Positions 1 through 12,536 of a stretch of 64,000 bases of DNA are shown piece by piece. Below the pieces are notes generated by a model. It did no database searches. It saw only the letters and a program-made list of their open reading frames with translations, and was not told the DNA's origin. Position numbers and translations under genes: made by a program. Source of the DNA: Bugula neritina (lineage: Eukaryota > Animalia > Bryozoa); the NCBI GenBank assembly GCA_964035545.1, contig OZ037766.1:186001-250000 (forward strand), given 5' to 3'. The first letter of the stretch is position 1. Every line of letters starts with the position of its first letter.

Positions 1-197
1 ACTTCACAAGAGTATAACGTCATTAATAGTAAGTATTATTCCCTTCACTTCACAAGAGTATAACATCATTAATAGTAAGTATTATTCCCTTCACTTCACA
101 AGAGTATAACATTATTAATAGTAAGTATTATTCCCTCCCCTTCGCAAGAGTATAACATTATTAATAGTAAGTATTACTCCCTCCCCTTCACAAGAGT
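1..197. repeat. 46-bp minisatellite, about 4 copies
   Basis: Unit ACTTCACAAGAGTATAACATTATTAATAGTAAGTATTATTCCCTTC. Confidence 0.9.
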
Positions 198-334
198 ACC
201 TTAAATTTTGAATATAAAGTTATTCAACTGATTTCGAAGTAGTTGAGATTCTATTTTAGAAATTTTAACATCAAACCTCTTATTTAGATGTATATTGTAA
301 TATTATGTTAAACATAATAACTATATTGTTGTAG

Positions 335-3300
335 TCTCAGTCCCTCAACTTGTTCAGCAGGCCATTGAAAGTCAGTCTAAGTTGGGATTGGCTATAAAGC
401 CCTACATTGAACAAGACATCACAGGTACATTTCTATGTCTTGCAGTCTCCATAGCAACAGCATACTATCTCCATAGCAACAGCATACTATCTCCATAGCA
501 ACAGCATACTATCTCCATAGCAACAGCATACTATCTCCATAGCAACAGCATACTATCTCCATAGCAACAGAATACTGTCCCTATAGCAACAGCATACTAT
601 CTCCATAGCAACAGCCTACTATCTCTTTAGCAACAGCATACTATCTCCATAGCAACAGCATACTATCTCCATAGCAACAGAATACTGTCCCTATAGCAAC
701 AGCATACTATCTCCATAGCAACAGCCTACTATCTCTTTAGCAACTATGTACTACTATGTTCATAGCAACAACACAGTATTCAGCACGCTACTTATTTCTT
801 TAGCACCATTATATTGCGTGCTAAGCCCTATGTACCAGTAGTGTAAGATAGCATAACATAGTCATCAGGATATATATATCTGATCCTTCAAACATCACAT
901 GATCTAAACTATTATGCTACAGTTCAGTACATTGCTGTAACTTTAAGTACTTTAATGTCCTACATGTCTCTACATTCATTTCATCTTCAAATTTAGCTCC
1001 CACTGGATATAGCTTTGTCAAAGGTAAACCCCAAACCCATTTATGAGTGTGCAAAGCTTTCCTTTAACTGAGAACTAATTCTAACAATAACAAAATTAAC
1101 ATTCAGTGTGGCATTGGCTCACGAATTATCTCACATGCCTAACAACTAACCCAAAGTTACATGGTAGTAACGTCTCAAGTCACATGGTAGTAATATCTCA
1201 AGTCACACGGTAGTAATATCTCAAGTCACACGGTAGTAATATCTCAAGTCACAAGGTAGTAATATCTCAAGTCACATGGTAGTACTCAGTACCTCAAGTC
1301 ACATGGTAGTAATACCTCAAGTCACATGGTAGTAATATCTCAAGTCACACAATAGTAATATCTCAAGTCACACGGTAGTAATATCTCAAGTCACACGGTA
1401 GTAATATCTCAAGTCACATGGTAGTACTCAGTACCTCAAGTCACATGGTAGTAATATCTCAAGTCACACGGTAGTAATATCTCAAGTCACAAGGTAGTAA
1501 TATCTCAAGTCACGTGGTAGTACTCAGTACCTCAAGTCACATGGTAGTAATACCTCAAGTCACACGGTAGTAATATCTCAAGTCACAAGGTAGTAATATC
1601 TCAAGTCACGTGGTAGTACTCAGTACCTCAAGTCACATGGTAGTAATACCTCAAGTCACACGGTAGTAATATCTCAAGTCACATGATAGTAATATCTCAA
1701 GTCACATGGTGGTACTAATACTGTGCGTCTCATTGTGTTAGAAATACTCAACTCTTTCTCGCTGAAAGTGCCAGAGCGGTCAGCCCCCACCTGGTGCTCC
1801 AGACTCGCTGTCACAGATGATGACATAACATACAGAACAAGTAACTGCATATTAACTTCAGTAGTTACCTGGTTAATTTGTTGATGAGTTTCTTGTTGAC
1901 TAGTTTGTGTTGTTTATGTTGCCATGGTTACCTATGTTCAGTTCTAACGATTCATACCAACATATTCACAGTCAACAGACTGAAGCTACGAGACATGACA
2001 TAGTCTGAAGGCCGCTGTATTAATTAACAAATGCATAATATGCGTGAGGCTAGACCTGCCCTGCACAATCTTCTTTGTATTGGTATAGACTCAGGCTCAT
2101 GTGATGTCTTGACAGTAAGGGGGGCCAATTCAATGTGGTTAACATTTACTGAGGCTATTGGGTAAATAATTGCGTTGGCAAGTTGCCAACAGACTAGGTA
2201 CATGACATCACTGAGTGCACACCTGCCTTGTCTCATATCTACCCTTGCAGTGGTGGCGGCCATCTTATTCTGAAATGTCACGTGATTATTGCTACTGCAG
2301 CTTCAATGGAAGAAGTTTTTATTAATAACAAACATGTTTATGCGGCCATGTTTGGATAAAACATGTGACCTGATGTTAGACGCTAGCCTAGATTAGCTTT
2401 ACCTTGTCTGAGGCTGTTCCCATGTGATGATATTATATTATTTACTTCATGTCAGCCGCTTGTTTTTGAATACATTATAATATTATAATATAAATAAGCG
2501 CCAAAGTTGACAAGTTGATGTTAATGCATGGTGTCACAGAGGATGTTATTATATTAAATTCTCCAGGCACTTGGCGAGGTCACCTTGTGCTAAGCTCTCC
2601 CATCTCTTCTCTCTGAATAAACTCAAAGTAGAACTCCCAGATGAGCCTCTCCATGTCATCACTCTGTCCCCCTTAATCTGTAAAGTTCTGAGTGCTTCCT
2701 AGAACTTTCTAGAACACTTGTATGCATTTCCATCAGCCCACTCTGTATACTACTCAACTTAGACTCAGCTGCAAGTTGCAGACCAAAGTTAGGACGTGGT
2801 GTTCTACGTCACATGTTCTCACCCTTTCTACCTTCAGTTCCAGACAACCTGGTTCTCGCTGTGATTGGGGAGAGGCTGTCCCAGCTGGATGCACTGACTC
2901 GTGGCTGGGTGCTGCACGGCTTTCCTAAGAACATCGACCAAGCTGCCTCTCTGGATCAGGACGGGTTCAAGCCAAACAGGTGATAGACCCTTGTATTACA
3001 ATATATCTTCTCTGATAGACCCTTGTATTACAATATATCTTCTCTGATAGACACTTGTATTATAATATATCTTCTCTGATAGACACTTGTATTATAATAT
3101 TATATCTTCTCTGGTAGACACTTGTATTATAATATATAATCTATACACTTCAAAATAAATGAAATAAAAAAATAAGTAGATTTTAAAGGCGTGGCTGGCT
3201 CGGTTTGCTTGGCAGAACAATTAATATTCCTACTGAAAATGGATACTGACGGATGTATTCAAGAGTTGATCCAAACCAAGTGTTAAATTATCACCTTTTT

Positions 3301-4526
3301 TCCCTCCATCTGTGGATGTTTGCTGAATGAGTGATGTCATAATGAGTAATGTCATAGAATGAGTGATGTCATACAATGAGTTTAAATGACATAGAATGAG
3401 TGATGTCATACAATGAGTGATGTCATAGATTGAGTGATGCCGAAGGTTTGGCGTGAGTTTGGTATTTGTGTAAAGCAGAGCTGGCTAATTACTCTGCAGT
3501 GTTACGCTTTTGTGGAGGAGTTTGTTGTGGTGGTTTGGTGCTGGTAGGAGTTTGTTGTGATGGTTTGGTGCTGGTAGGAGTTTGTTGTGATGGTTTGGTG
3601 CTGGTAGGAGTTTGTTGTGATGGTTTGGTGCTGGTAGGAGTTTGTTGTGGTGGTTTGGTGCTGGTAGGAGTTTGTTGTGATGGTTTGGTGCTGGTAGGAG
3701 TTTGTGTAGAAGTGTTTCCTGTACAACTCTGGTTAATTACAATAATGAAACTCAAATAACAGAGGATTGCCTCCCCTTCACTCAAATCCTCGCTGCTTTT
3801 AGTGAATCCCACTTACTCTCGTTTTGTTATTCACAAGCTCAACTATTTATAACTAATTCATCACATGCAGTGGTATTTGGTCACATGCAGTGGTATTTGG
3901 TCACATGCAGTGGTACTTTCAGAGTTTTCTTCCTGGATGTGCCCAACGACATTGTATTGGAGCGACTGACACTGAGAGCAACGGATCCTGTGTCGGGGGA
4001 GAGATACCACATGCTGTACAATCCACCGAGAACTCTGCTCATCAAAGAGAGGCTCGTGCAGAACCCCCGGGACTCTGAAGAACAGGTATACACCTGGTTG
4101 CATTGTCATGACTTTGAATGACCTTGTTACATTGCAATAAATCTACATGACTAGGTACAGTATACCAACACTGAGTCTACATGACTAGGTACAGTATACT
4201 AACCCTGAGTCTACGTGACTAGGTAGAGTATACTAACCCTGAGTCTACGTGACTAGGTACAGTATACCAACACTGAGTCTACGTGACTAGGTACAGTATA
4301 CTAACCCTGAGTCTACGTGACTAGGTAGAGTATAATATATATACAGGTGAGGAAGAGACTGGCAGCTTTCTACGCATTCCACGAGGAATTACAGGATTAC
4401 TACAGCCACGCTGCTAGAGTGAATGCTGACCAGGATCCCCACACTGTGTTCGAGTACATTGAGAGCACCATAGTAAACCCCCTTCCCAGGAAGCTCACTG
4501 GTACAGAACCTTTGGCTAGGGAGTGA
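335..4526 (+). CDS. AK8: Adenylate kinase 8-like, 3' part (second AK domain); 5' exons lie left of the window
   Basis: Exons 335-424, 2838-2979, 3923-4085, 4347-4526, all GT-AG and in phase. They join to ..[94 protein letters not shown].., matching the AK8 C-terminal domain as I recall it. Confidence 0.88.
445..745. repeat. 22-bp minisatellite, 14 copies (X-box-containing)
   Basis: Unit TCTCCATAGCAACAGCATACTA. Confidence 0.95.
1155..1715. repeat. 23/28-bp minisatellite
   Basis: Unit TCTCAAGTCACATGGTAGTAATA. Confidence 0.95.
1918..1931. promoter_or_regulatory. RFX X-box in AK8 intron
   Basis: GTTGCCATGGTTAC. Confidence 0.4.
2981..3135. repeat. 32-bp minisatellite starting at the AK8 donor
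   Basis: Unit TGATAGACCCTTGTATTACAATATATCTTCTC. Confidence 0.9.
3326..3440. repeat. About 17-bp minisatellite
   Basis: Unit AATGAGTGATGTCATAG. Confidence 0.8.
3516..3705. repeat. 30-bp minisatellite, about 6 copies
   Basis: Unit GGAGTTTGTTGTGATGGTTTGGTGCTGGTA. Confidence 0.95.
4142..4335. repeat. 34-bp minisatellite ending just before an acceptor
   Basis: Unit TCTACGTGACTAGGTACAGTATACTAACCCTGAG. Confidence 0.9.
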
Positions 4527-4745
4527 GAAGCTCTGAGGCTACTTAACGAAAGGAAAGACAACGATTTGTAATTAGTTTGAAGGCCTTTATTTATACAGTA
4601 GTGTTATGAATGAGTGAAGAGGTATTGTAAACTGACTCCATATGTACATCACAAATATGCTTTATAACTAAAATTAATGTTCAGTTTAGTATTTTGTAAT
4701 CAGAATAAGGAGGGGAACTTCTAAGAGATGAAACCTCCCAACAAA

Positions 4746-4756
4746 AATAAAATAAA
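4746..4756 (+). terminator. Likely AK8 poly(A) signal
   Basis: Overlapping AATAAA pair about 220 nt after the stop. Confidence 0.5.
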
Positions 4757-4850
4757 TCACTGGTACCAAGGCTAGAGTTATTTGTTCAATGAGGCACGAC
4801 TAGACAGCTGAGGCAGCGGTTGTCTGCTCTTGATTAAATACAAAATTAAT

Positions 4851-5680
4851 ATCACTACTCTGTATAGTATACAGTATCACTACTCTGTATAGTATACAGT
4901 ATCACTACTCTGTATAGTATACAGTATCACTACTCTGTATAGTATACAGTATCACTACTCTGTATAGTATACAGTATCACTACTCTGTATAGTAGACAGT
5001 ATCACTACTCTGTATAGTATACAGTATCACTACTCTGTATAGTATACTCTGTATAGTATACTCTGTATAGTATACAGTATCACTACTCTGTATAGTATAC
5101 AGTATCACTACTCTGTATAGTATACAGTATCACTACTCTGTATAGTAGACAGTATCACTACTCTGTATAGTAGACAGTATCACCACTCTGTATAGTATAC
5201 AGTATCACTACTCTGTATAGTATACAGTATCACTACTCTGTATAGTATACAGTATCACTACTCTGTATAGTATACAGTATCACTACTCTGTATAGTATAC
5301 AGTATCACTACTCTGTATAGTATACAGTATCACTACTCTGTATAGTATACAGTATCACTACTCTGTATAGTAGACAGTATCACTACTCTGTATAGTATAC
5401 AGTATCACTACTCTGTATAGTATACAGTATCACTACTCTGTATAGTAGACAGTATCACTACTCTGTATAGTATACAGTATCACTACTCTGTATAGTATAC
5501 AGTATCACTACTCTGTATAGTATACAGTATCACTACTCTGTATAGTATACAGTATCACTACTCTGTATAGTATACAGTATCACTACTCTGTATAGTATAC
5601 TCTGTATAGTATACAGTATCACTACTCTGTATAGTATACAGTATCACTACTCTGTATAGTATACAGTATCACTACTCTGT
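4851..5680. repeat. 25-bp minisatellite, about 33 copies
   Basis: Unit ATCACTACTCTGTATAGTATACAGT. Confidence 0.97.
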
Positions 5681-5855
5681 CTCAGTGAATAGTAAGTAGA
5701 AAAGTTGATGATAAATGTAAAATCTAGAGGATATTCAGTAAAATATCTCGGAAACTATCCGTTGGGAATAATGCTGAGTTAAAGTAAGAGTGCAGCTTGC
5801 ATAGTCCACAGGATTATATACAGAGAGCAGTAGACTGAGAGTAATAGACTGAGAA

Positions 5856-8800
5856 CTACGTGTTCTCAGCTAACTGTTCAGGGGGCTTGTCTCTATGCCC
5901 TTCACTTGTACTACTAGTAGACTCAGCTCTCAGTGATAAACAAGACAGTTCAGCCATCACCTCTGATGAACGTCTCTCTTCATCGTAACTTTGTCTTCCT
6001 CCCTATATAGTATAGTATAGTATATAGTAGAAGTATAGTATATAGTAGAAGTATAGTATATAGTATATAGTATAGTATAGTATATAGTATATAGTATAGT
6101 ATATAGTATAGTATATAGTAGAAGTATAGTGTATAGTATAGTATAGTATATAGTATATAGTATATAGTAGAAGTATAGTATATAGTAGAAGTATAGTATA
6201 TAGTAGAAGTATAGTATATAGTAGAAGTATAGTGTATAGTATATAGTATAGTATATAGTAGAAGTATAGTATATAGTAGAAGTATAGTGTATAGTATAGT
6301 ATATAGTATAGTATATAGTATATAGTAGAAGTATAGTATATAGTAGAAGTATAGTATATAGTAGAAGTATAGTGTATAGTAGAAGTATAGTATATAGTAG
6401 AAGTATAGTATATAGTAGAAGTATAGTATATAGTAGAAGTATAGTATATAGTATAGTATATAGTATAGTATATAGTAGAAGTATAGTATATAGTATAGTA
6501 TATAGTATAGTATAGTATATAGAAGTATAGTATATAGTATATAGTATATAGTATAGTATATAGTAGAAGTATAGTATATAGTAGAAGTATAGTATATAGT
6601 AGAAGTATAGTATAGAGTAGAAGTATAGTATATAGTAGAAGTATAGTGTATAGTATAGTATATAGTAGTATATAGTATACTATATAGTAGAAGTATAGTA
6701 TATAGTATAGTATATAGTATAGTATATAGTATAGTATATAGTAGAAGTATAGTATATAGTAGAAGTATAGTATATAGTAGAAGTATAGTATATAGTAGAA
6801 GTATAGTATATAGTAGAAGTATAGTGTATAGTATAGTATATAGTATATAGTATACTATATAGTAGAAGTATAGTATATAGTATAGTATATAGTAGAAGTA
6901 TAGTATATAGTAGAAGTATAGTATATAGTAGAAGTATAGTATATAGTAGAAGTATAGTATATAGTAGAAGTATAGTGTATAGTATAGTATATAGTATATA
7001 GTATACTATATAGTAGAAGTATAGTATATAGTATAGTATATAGTATAGTATATAGTATAGTATATAGTAGAAGTATAGTATATAGTAGAAGTATAGTATA
7101 TAGTATATAGTATAGTATATAGTAGAAGTATAGCATATAGTAGAAGTATAGTATATAGTAGAAGTATAGTATATAGTATAGTATATAGTATAGTATATAG
7201 TAGAAGTATAGTATATAGTAGAAGTATAGTATATAGTAGAAGTATAGTATATAGTAGAAGTATAGTGTATAGTAGAAGTATAGTATATAGTAGAAGTATA
7301 GTATATAGTAGAAGTATAGTATATAGTATAGTATAGTATATAGTAGAAGTATAGTATATAGTAGAAGTATAGTATATAGTAGAAGTATAGTGTATAGTAG
7401 AAGTATAGTATATAGTAGAAGTATAGTATATAGTAGAAGTATAGTATATAGTAGAAGTATAGTATATAGTATATAGTATAGTATATAGTAGAAGTATAGT
7501 GTATAGTAGAAGTATAGTATATAGTATAGTATATAGTATAGTATATAGTAGAAGTATAGTATATAGTAGAAGTATAGTATATAGTATATAGTATATAGTA
7601 TAGTATATAGTATATAGTATATAGTATATAGTATATAGTATACTATATAGTAGAAGTATAGTATATAGTAGAAGTATAGTATATAGTAGAAGTATAGTAT
7701 ATAGTAGAAGTATAGTATATAGTAGAAGTATAGTGTATAGTATAGTATATAGTATATAGTATACTATATAGTAGAAGTATAGTATATAGTATACTATATA
7801 GTAGAAGTATAGTATATAGTATAGTATATAGTATAGTATATAGTATAGTATATAGTAGAAGTATAGTATATAGTAGAAGTATAGTATATAGTATAGTATA
7901 TAGTAGAAGTATAGCATATAGTAGAAGTATAGTATATAGTAGAAGTATAGTATATAGTATAGTATATAGTATAGTATATAGTAGAAGTATAGTATATAGT
8001 AGAAGTATAGTATATAGTAGAAGTATAGTATATAGTAGAAGTATAGTGTATAGTAGAAGTATAGTATATAGTAGAAGTATAGTATATAGTAGAAGTATAG
8101 TATATAGTATAGTATAGTATATAGTAGAAGTATAGTATATAGTAGAAGTATAGTGTATAGTAGAAGTATAGTATATAGTAGAAGTATAGTATATAGTATA
8201 GTATATAGTAGAAGTATAGTGTATAGTAGAAGTATAGTATATAGTAGAAGTATATAGTAGAAGTATAGTATATAGTAGAAGTATAGTATATAGTAGAAGT
8301 ATAGTATATAGCAGAAGTATAGTATATAGTAGAAGTATAGTGTATAGTAGAAGTATAGTATATAGTATATAGTATAGTATATAGTAGAAGTATAGTATAT
8401 AGTAGAAGTATAGTATATAGTAGAAGTATAGTATATAGTAGAATATATAATACATTTACTTGGAAAGACCTTGAAATGACCTTGAGACAGCTGTGAGAGT
8501 AAACAGCAGCAAATACCTCAACATAAATTTCCAAATCAATTAGATAAACTTCTCATTCTGAAAAGACTGAGCAGTGACCAGGTGGTGAGAAAGCTGAAGG
8601 GCGCTGTCACAGGTGAAGGTGAAGAGAAAGCCAAGTACCAACTACTGGAGCCCGATGGTGTTTTGTGCTGAGTCATAATTAGTTGGCAATTGAAGACTTG
8701 CACTAAACTTGGCAGTTGGAATGCTGACTTTGACAGCACACCATCCCAACTGAGTAGAGTAAACAGGATGATGTAATAACCATCTCTTTGTCAGCTGGAC

Positions 8801-11777
8801 ACCTCTCTGTCATTAAACACTAATTTCAAACTTCCCAATGTCATTAACATTTAGTAGAGCAGCCAAGAACCACCTGCTGGCACCTAGCAGTGATGTCAGG
8901 GAGTGTCACATTGTCAGGGAGCGTATACAGGAAGTAAACAGGAGGGAGGTGGTTGTACAGACTGACTGAGTAGAAAATTTACTTCATGTATATAAATGAG
9001 ACACATCAAAATAACATGCAAGCTCTTTGCTGTGCGGAGGTAGAATGTAAAGCATATAACAAGTCAGCTCTTTGTTTGAGAAGGTACCTTAATATTTCCC
9101 ATGGCTATGACTGCCTCCAGAGAGCTCAGTCTGTCGGCTTTCATCCGTCTGAACCTGTGGAGCTTGTCTCTGACGAGACCGCCATTGAAGGGGGTGTGTC
9201 CGTCCATCTTAGAGCCCGCCCCCAACAGCATCGTCATGACAACTGCATGTTTTCCACAAACAGCTACAAACACAAACAAAGAGCTGTGTGAGTGACTCCC
9301 AATGAGTGACTAACTGTCAGTGAGTGACTGTCAGTGAGTGACTGTCAGTGAGTGACTGTCAGTGCGTGACATTGACAAAGAACACACACCTTACACTCTG
9401 AGAAAAGTTGACCACCTTTCCAAGGTCAGATATTAAATTCCAATAAAATGGAGGAAATGAAATAAATTACACACAGCCTGGGCAGGGGTTTGGCAGCCAT
9501 GAAATATGAGGATGGAGTTGGAGTGGAGGTATTTAGATCAACAACCAGCCAGTGAATATTTGCATATTGTTTACGATTCTCATGGCTATTATATATATCT
9601 ATATTATATATTACATATTACTATATTATATATTACTATATTATATATTACTATAGTATATATTACTATATTATATATTACTATAGTATATATTACTATA
9701 TTATATATTACTATATTATATATTACTATAGTATATATTACTATATTATATATTACTATATTATATATTACTACAGTATATATTACTATAGTATATTACT
9801 ATATGATATATTACTATATGATATATTACTATAGTATATTACTATATGATATATTACTATATGATATGTTACTATATGATATATTACTATAGTATATTAC
9901 CGAGATGGAGAGGAGTGTTTCCATTGATATCCAGCAGGTTGGGGTTAGCCTTATGTTTCAGTAGGAGAGTCACTGAATAACATAAACAAGTTGGTGTTTA
10001 GAGAAACAAATACAATGTTTATGGTAAACAAATACACAGCATCTGATAGGCAGCATCTGACAGAGGCAGCAACTTACCGATATCAGTGAAGCCCTTAGAG
10101 GCAGCGACGTGGAGAGCAGTTCGACCCTTGCTGTCAGCGATACTGACGTCAGTTCCAGTTGACAGCATCTTCAGTAGTCGGGGTTTGTCTGCTGACTGGG
10201 CAGCTTGTATGAATTGGTCAGCCTCTGTTAAACATACCCAATACATCAATATATCAATATATCAATATATCAATACAGCCATTTGGCTAACATATTTGGC
10301 CAACATATTTGGCAAAGTGAATGCATTGGCCATCAAGGGAACATAGAAACTGTGTGAACAAATAATTTATACAACTTAATATATTCAACTATCAAACGGT
10401 CAATGGTTTTGTGCAAATTTGCTGCATATTTTTTAGTAATTTATCAAAAATATTTAGCAAAAAATGCAGGGATAAACAGGTAAGGATTAATTGTGTGGTG
10501 GAATAGAACAAGCCATGCTATGACATCAGTCCCTTCCACTAATTCTCTGTGGGTTACCATGGTAACAGCAAACTGTCACTTGAGGCTAACATCATACACC
10601 TACAGACCCTGGCTTGTCCCTGGAGTGGAGCAGTAAACATGGCCAACCACACAAACCATCTCACAGGCAGTTCAACAGATTACCAGCTGAATTTATGTTA
10701 CCACTAAAGCAAGTGTAATTTGAGTGTGTGATGTCATAGGGGTGTATTATATAATACACAGGTAGAGTAACATAATACACAGGTAGGCAGGTGAGTTATA
10801 TAATACTCAGGTAGGCAGGTGAGTTATATAATACTCAGGTAGGCAGGTGAGTTATATAATACTCAGGTAGGCAGGTGAGTTATATAATACTCAGGTAGGC
10901 AGGTGAGTTATATAATACTCAGGTAAAAAGACAAGCTATACGCCAGCTGTAGCAATATTATGCCACTAACTGACGTGCCAAAAATAATTGCATTTCCAGA
11001 GAGAAAACAATAGCTGTACATTTATTCCTCACAAAATAATATTTTGGTGAGATTTGCAATCAACAGCAATATTACATCTCTCTTAACACACAACTACTCA
11101 CTAGTATAACTAACACTACTCACTAGTATAACTAACACTACTCACTAGTATAACTAACACTACTCACTAGTATAACTAACACTACTCACTAGTGTAACTA
11201 GCACTACTCACAAGTGTAACTAACACTACTCACTAGTATAACTAACACTACTCACTAGTATAACTAACACTACTCACTAGTATAACTAACACTACTCACT
11301 AGTGTAACTAACACTACTCACTAGTATAACTAACACTACTCACTAGTATAACTAACACTACTCACTAGTATAACTAACACTACTCACTAGTATAACTAAC
11401 ACTACTCACTAGTATAACTAACACTACTCACTAGTGTAACTAGCACTACTCACAAGTGTAACTAACACTACTCACTAGTATAACTAACACTACTCACAAG
11501 TATAACTAACACTACTCACTAGTATACCTAACACTACTCACTAGTATAACTAACACCTCTACTAACCTGTACTGTATGTGAAGGAAGACACTTTGTAGTC
11601 TATACCAGCTTGTCTGATACGGTTGTGGCGGTGCACTTTGTGAGCCGTTATCTTGCCTATGTTCCCCATGTGTTGTGGGTTGGCACCCTCAGTCCATCTC
11701 TCCACCAGGGAGGCAGGGCAACCAATAGCTGTCGGCTGATTAGGCGACTGGGGCAGCTCTGGGCTGTCGGTTTCCAT
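5856..11777 (-). CDS. ANKRD54: Ankyrin repeat protein, ANKRD54-like
   Basis: Exons 11567-11777 (acceptor at 11804), 10078-10224, 9901-9972, 9088-9263, 5856-6002, phases consistent. Motifs [57 protein letters not shown] and C-terminal ELSCLSL resemble ANKRD54. Upstream exon not located. Confidence 0.75.
6004..8445. repeat. 2.4-kb complex TATAG/TAGAAG satellite
   Basis: Main unit TATAGTAGAAGTATAGTA plus TATAG variants; abuts the ANKRD54 last-exon acceptor. Confidence 0.97.
9590..9900. repeat. AT-rich 13-15-bp repeat starting at the ANKRD54 donor
   Basis: Unit ATATTACTATATTAT. Confidence 0.9.
10553..10566. promoter_or_regulatory. RFX X-box
   Basis: Perfect palindrome GTTACCATGGTAAC. Confidence 0.45.
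10775..10925. repeat. 28-bp minisatellite
   Basis: Unit CAGGTAGGCAGGTGAGTTATATAATACT. Confidence 0.9.
11092..11556. repeat. 22-bp minisatellite next to the ANKRD54 donor
   Basis: Unit ACTACTCACTAGTATAACTAAC. Confidence 0.95.
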
Positions 11778-11801
11778 TGAAAGGAGGCCGGACGGGGCCT
11801 C

Positions 11802-12098
11802 AGTCTAAAGTAGTAATACACTATACAGTGAAGTCTAAAATAGTAATACACTATACAGTGAAGTCTAAAGTAGTAATACACTATACAGTGAAGTCTAAAG
11901 TAGTAATACACTATACAGTGAAGTCTAAAGTAGTAATACACTATACAGTGTATACTAAAGTAGTAATACACTATACAGTGAAGTCTAGAGTAGTAATACA
12001 CTATACAGTGAAGTCTAAAGTAGTAATACACTATACAGTGAAGTCTAGAGTAGTAATACACTATACAGTGAAGTCTAGAGTAGTAATACACTATACAG
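11802..12098. repeat. 30-bp minisatellite containing the ANKRD54 acceptor
   Basis: Unit AGTCTAAAGTAGTAATACACTATACAGTGA. Confidence 0.95.
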
Positions 12099-12536
12099 TA
12101 AACACTAACATAACTATGAGATCACCTTGACCCCAGCCTGTGAACCAGAATCTGCAACTCAAATGTAGTGACACAACAGAACACTGGAAGGCTAGTAGAA
12201 AGTGTTAAATTTTCTGTGAATGTTGGTGGATTCAACTGAGTGCCCACTCGTAGCTATACACAAGTGTCAGTGTCACAGAGGTAATTTATTCCCCCAACTA
12301 TACCAGTGATAGTGAACTGCATTGGTTTGGGTGAAGATAGACACCACCAGCTGCGAACTGGTGACAGCTACACCAAGTTTTGTGAAGTCATTGCATAATG
12401 TCTGCTATGTTGTTGATAGAATGACTGGAGAGATTAGTGTATCTCTGCTAATCCTAGGATGTTATGACATAGAAGGGTGAGGTGATGGCCAGGCAAGGGA
12501 CACCTGAGTAGGCCACACTGTGGCTGTGCTGAGAGA

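Noticed and set aside
3489-3812. Mucin-like ([10 protein letters not shown])n ORF
   Set aside because: 30-bp array antisense inside an AK8 intron; no independent gene structure.
6855-8534. Long Y/T/I/L-rich ORFs
   Set aside because: Stop-free frames of a satellite lying inside an intron.
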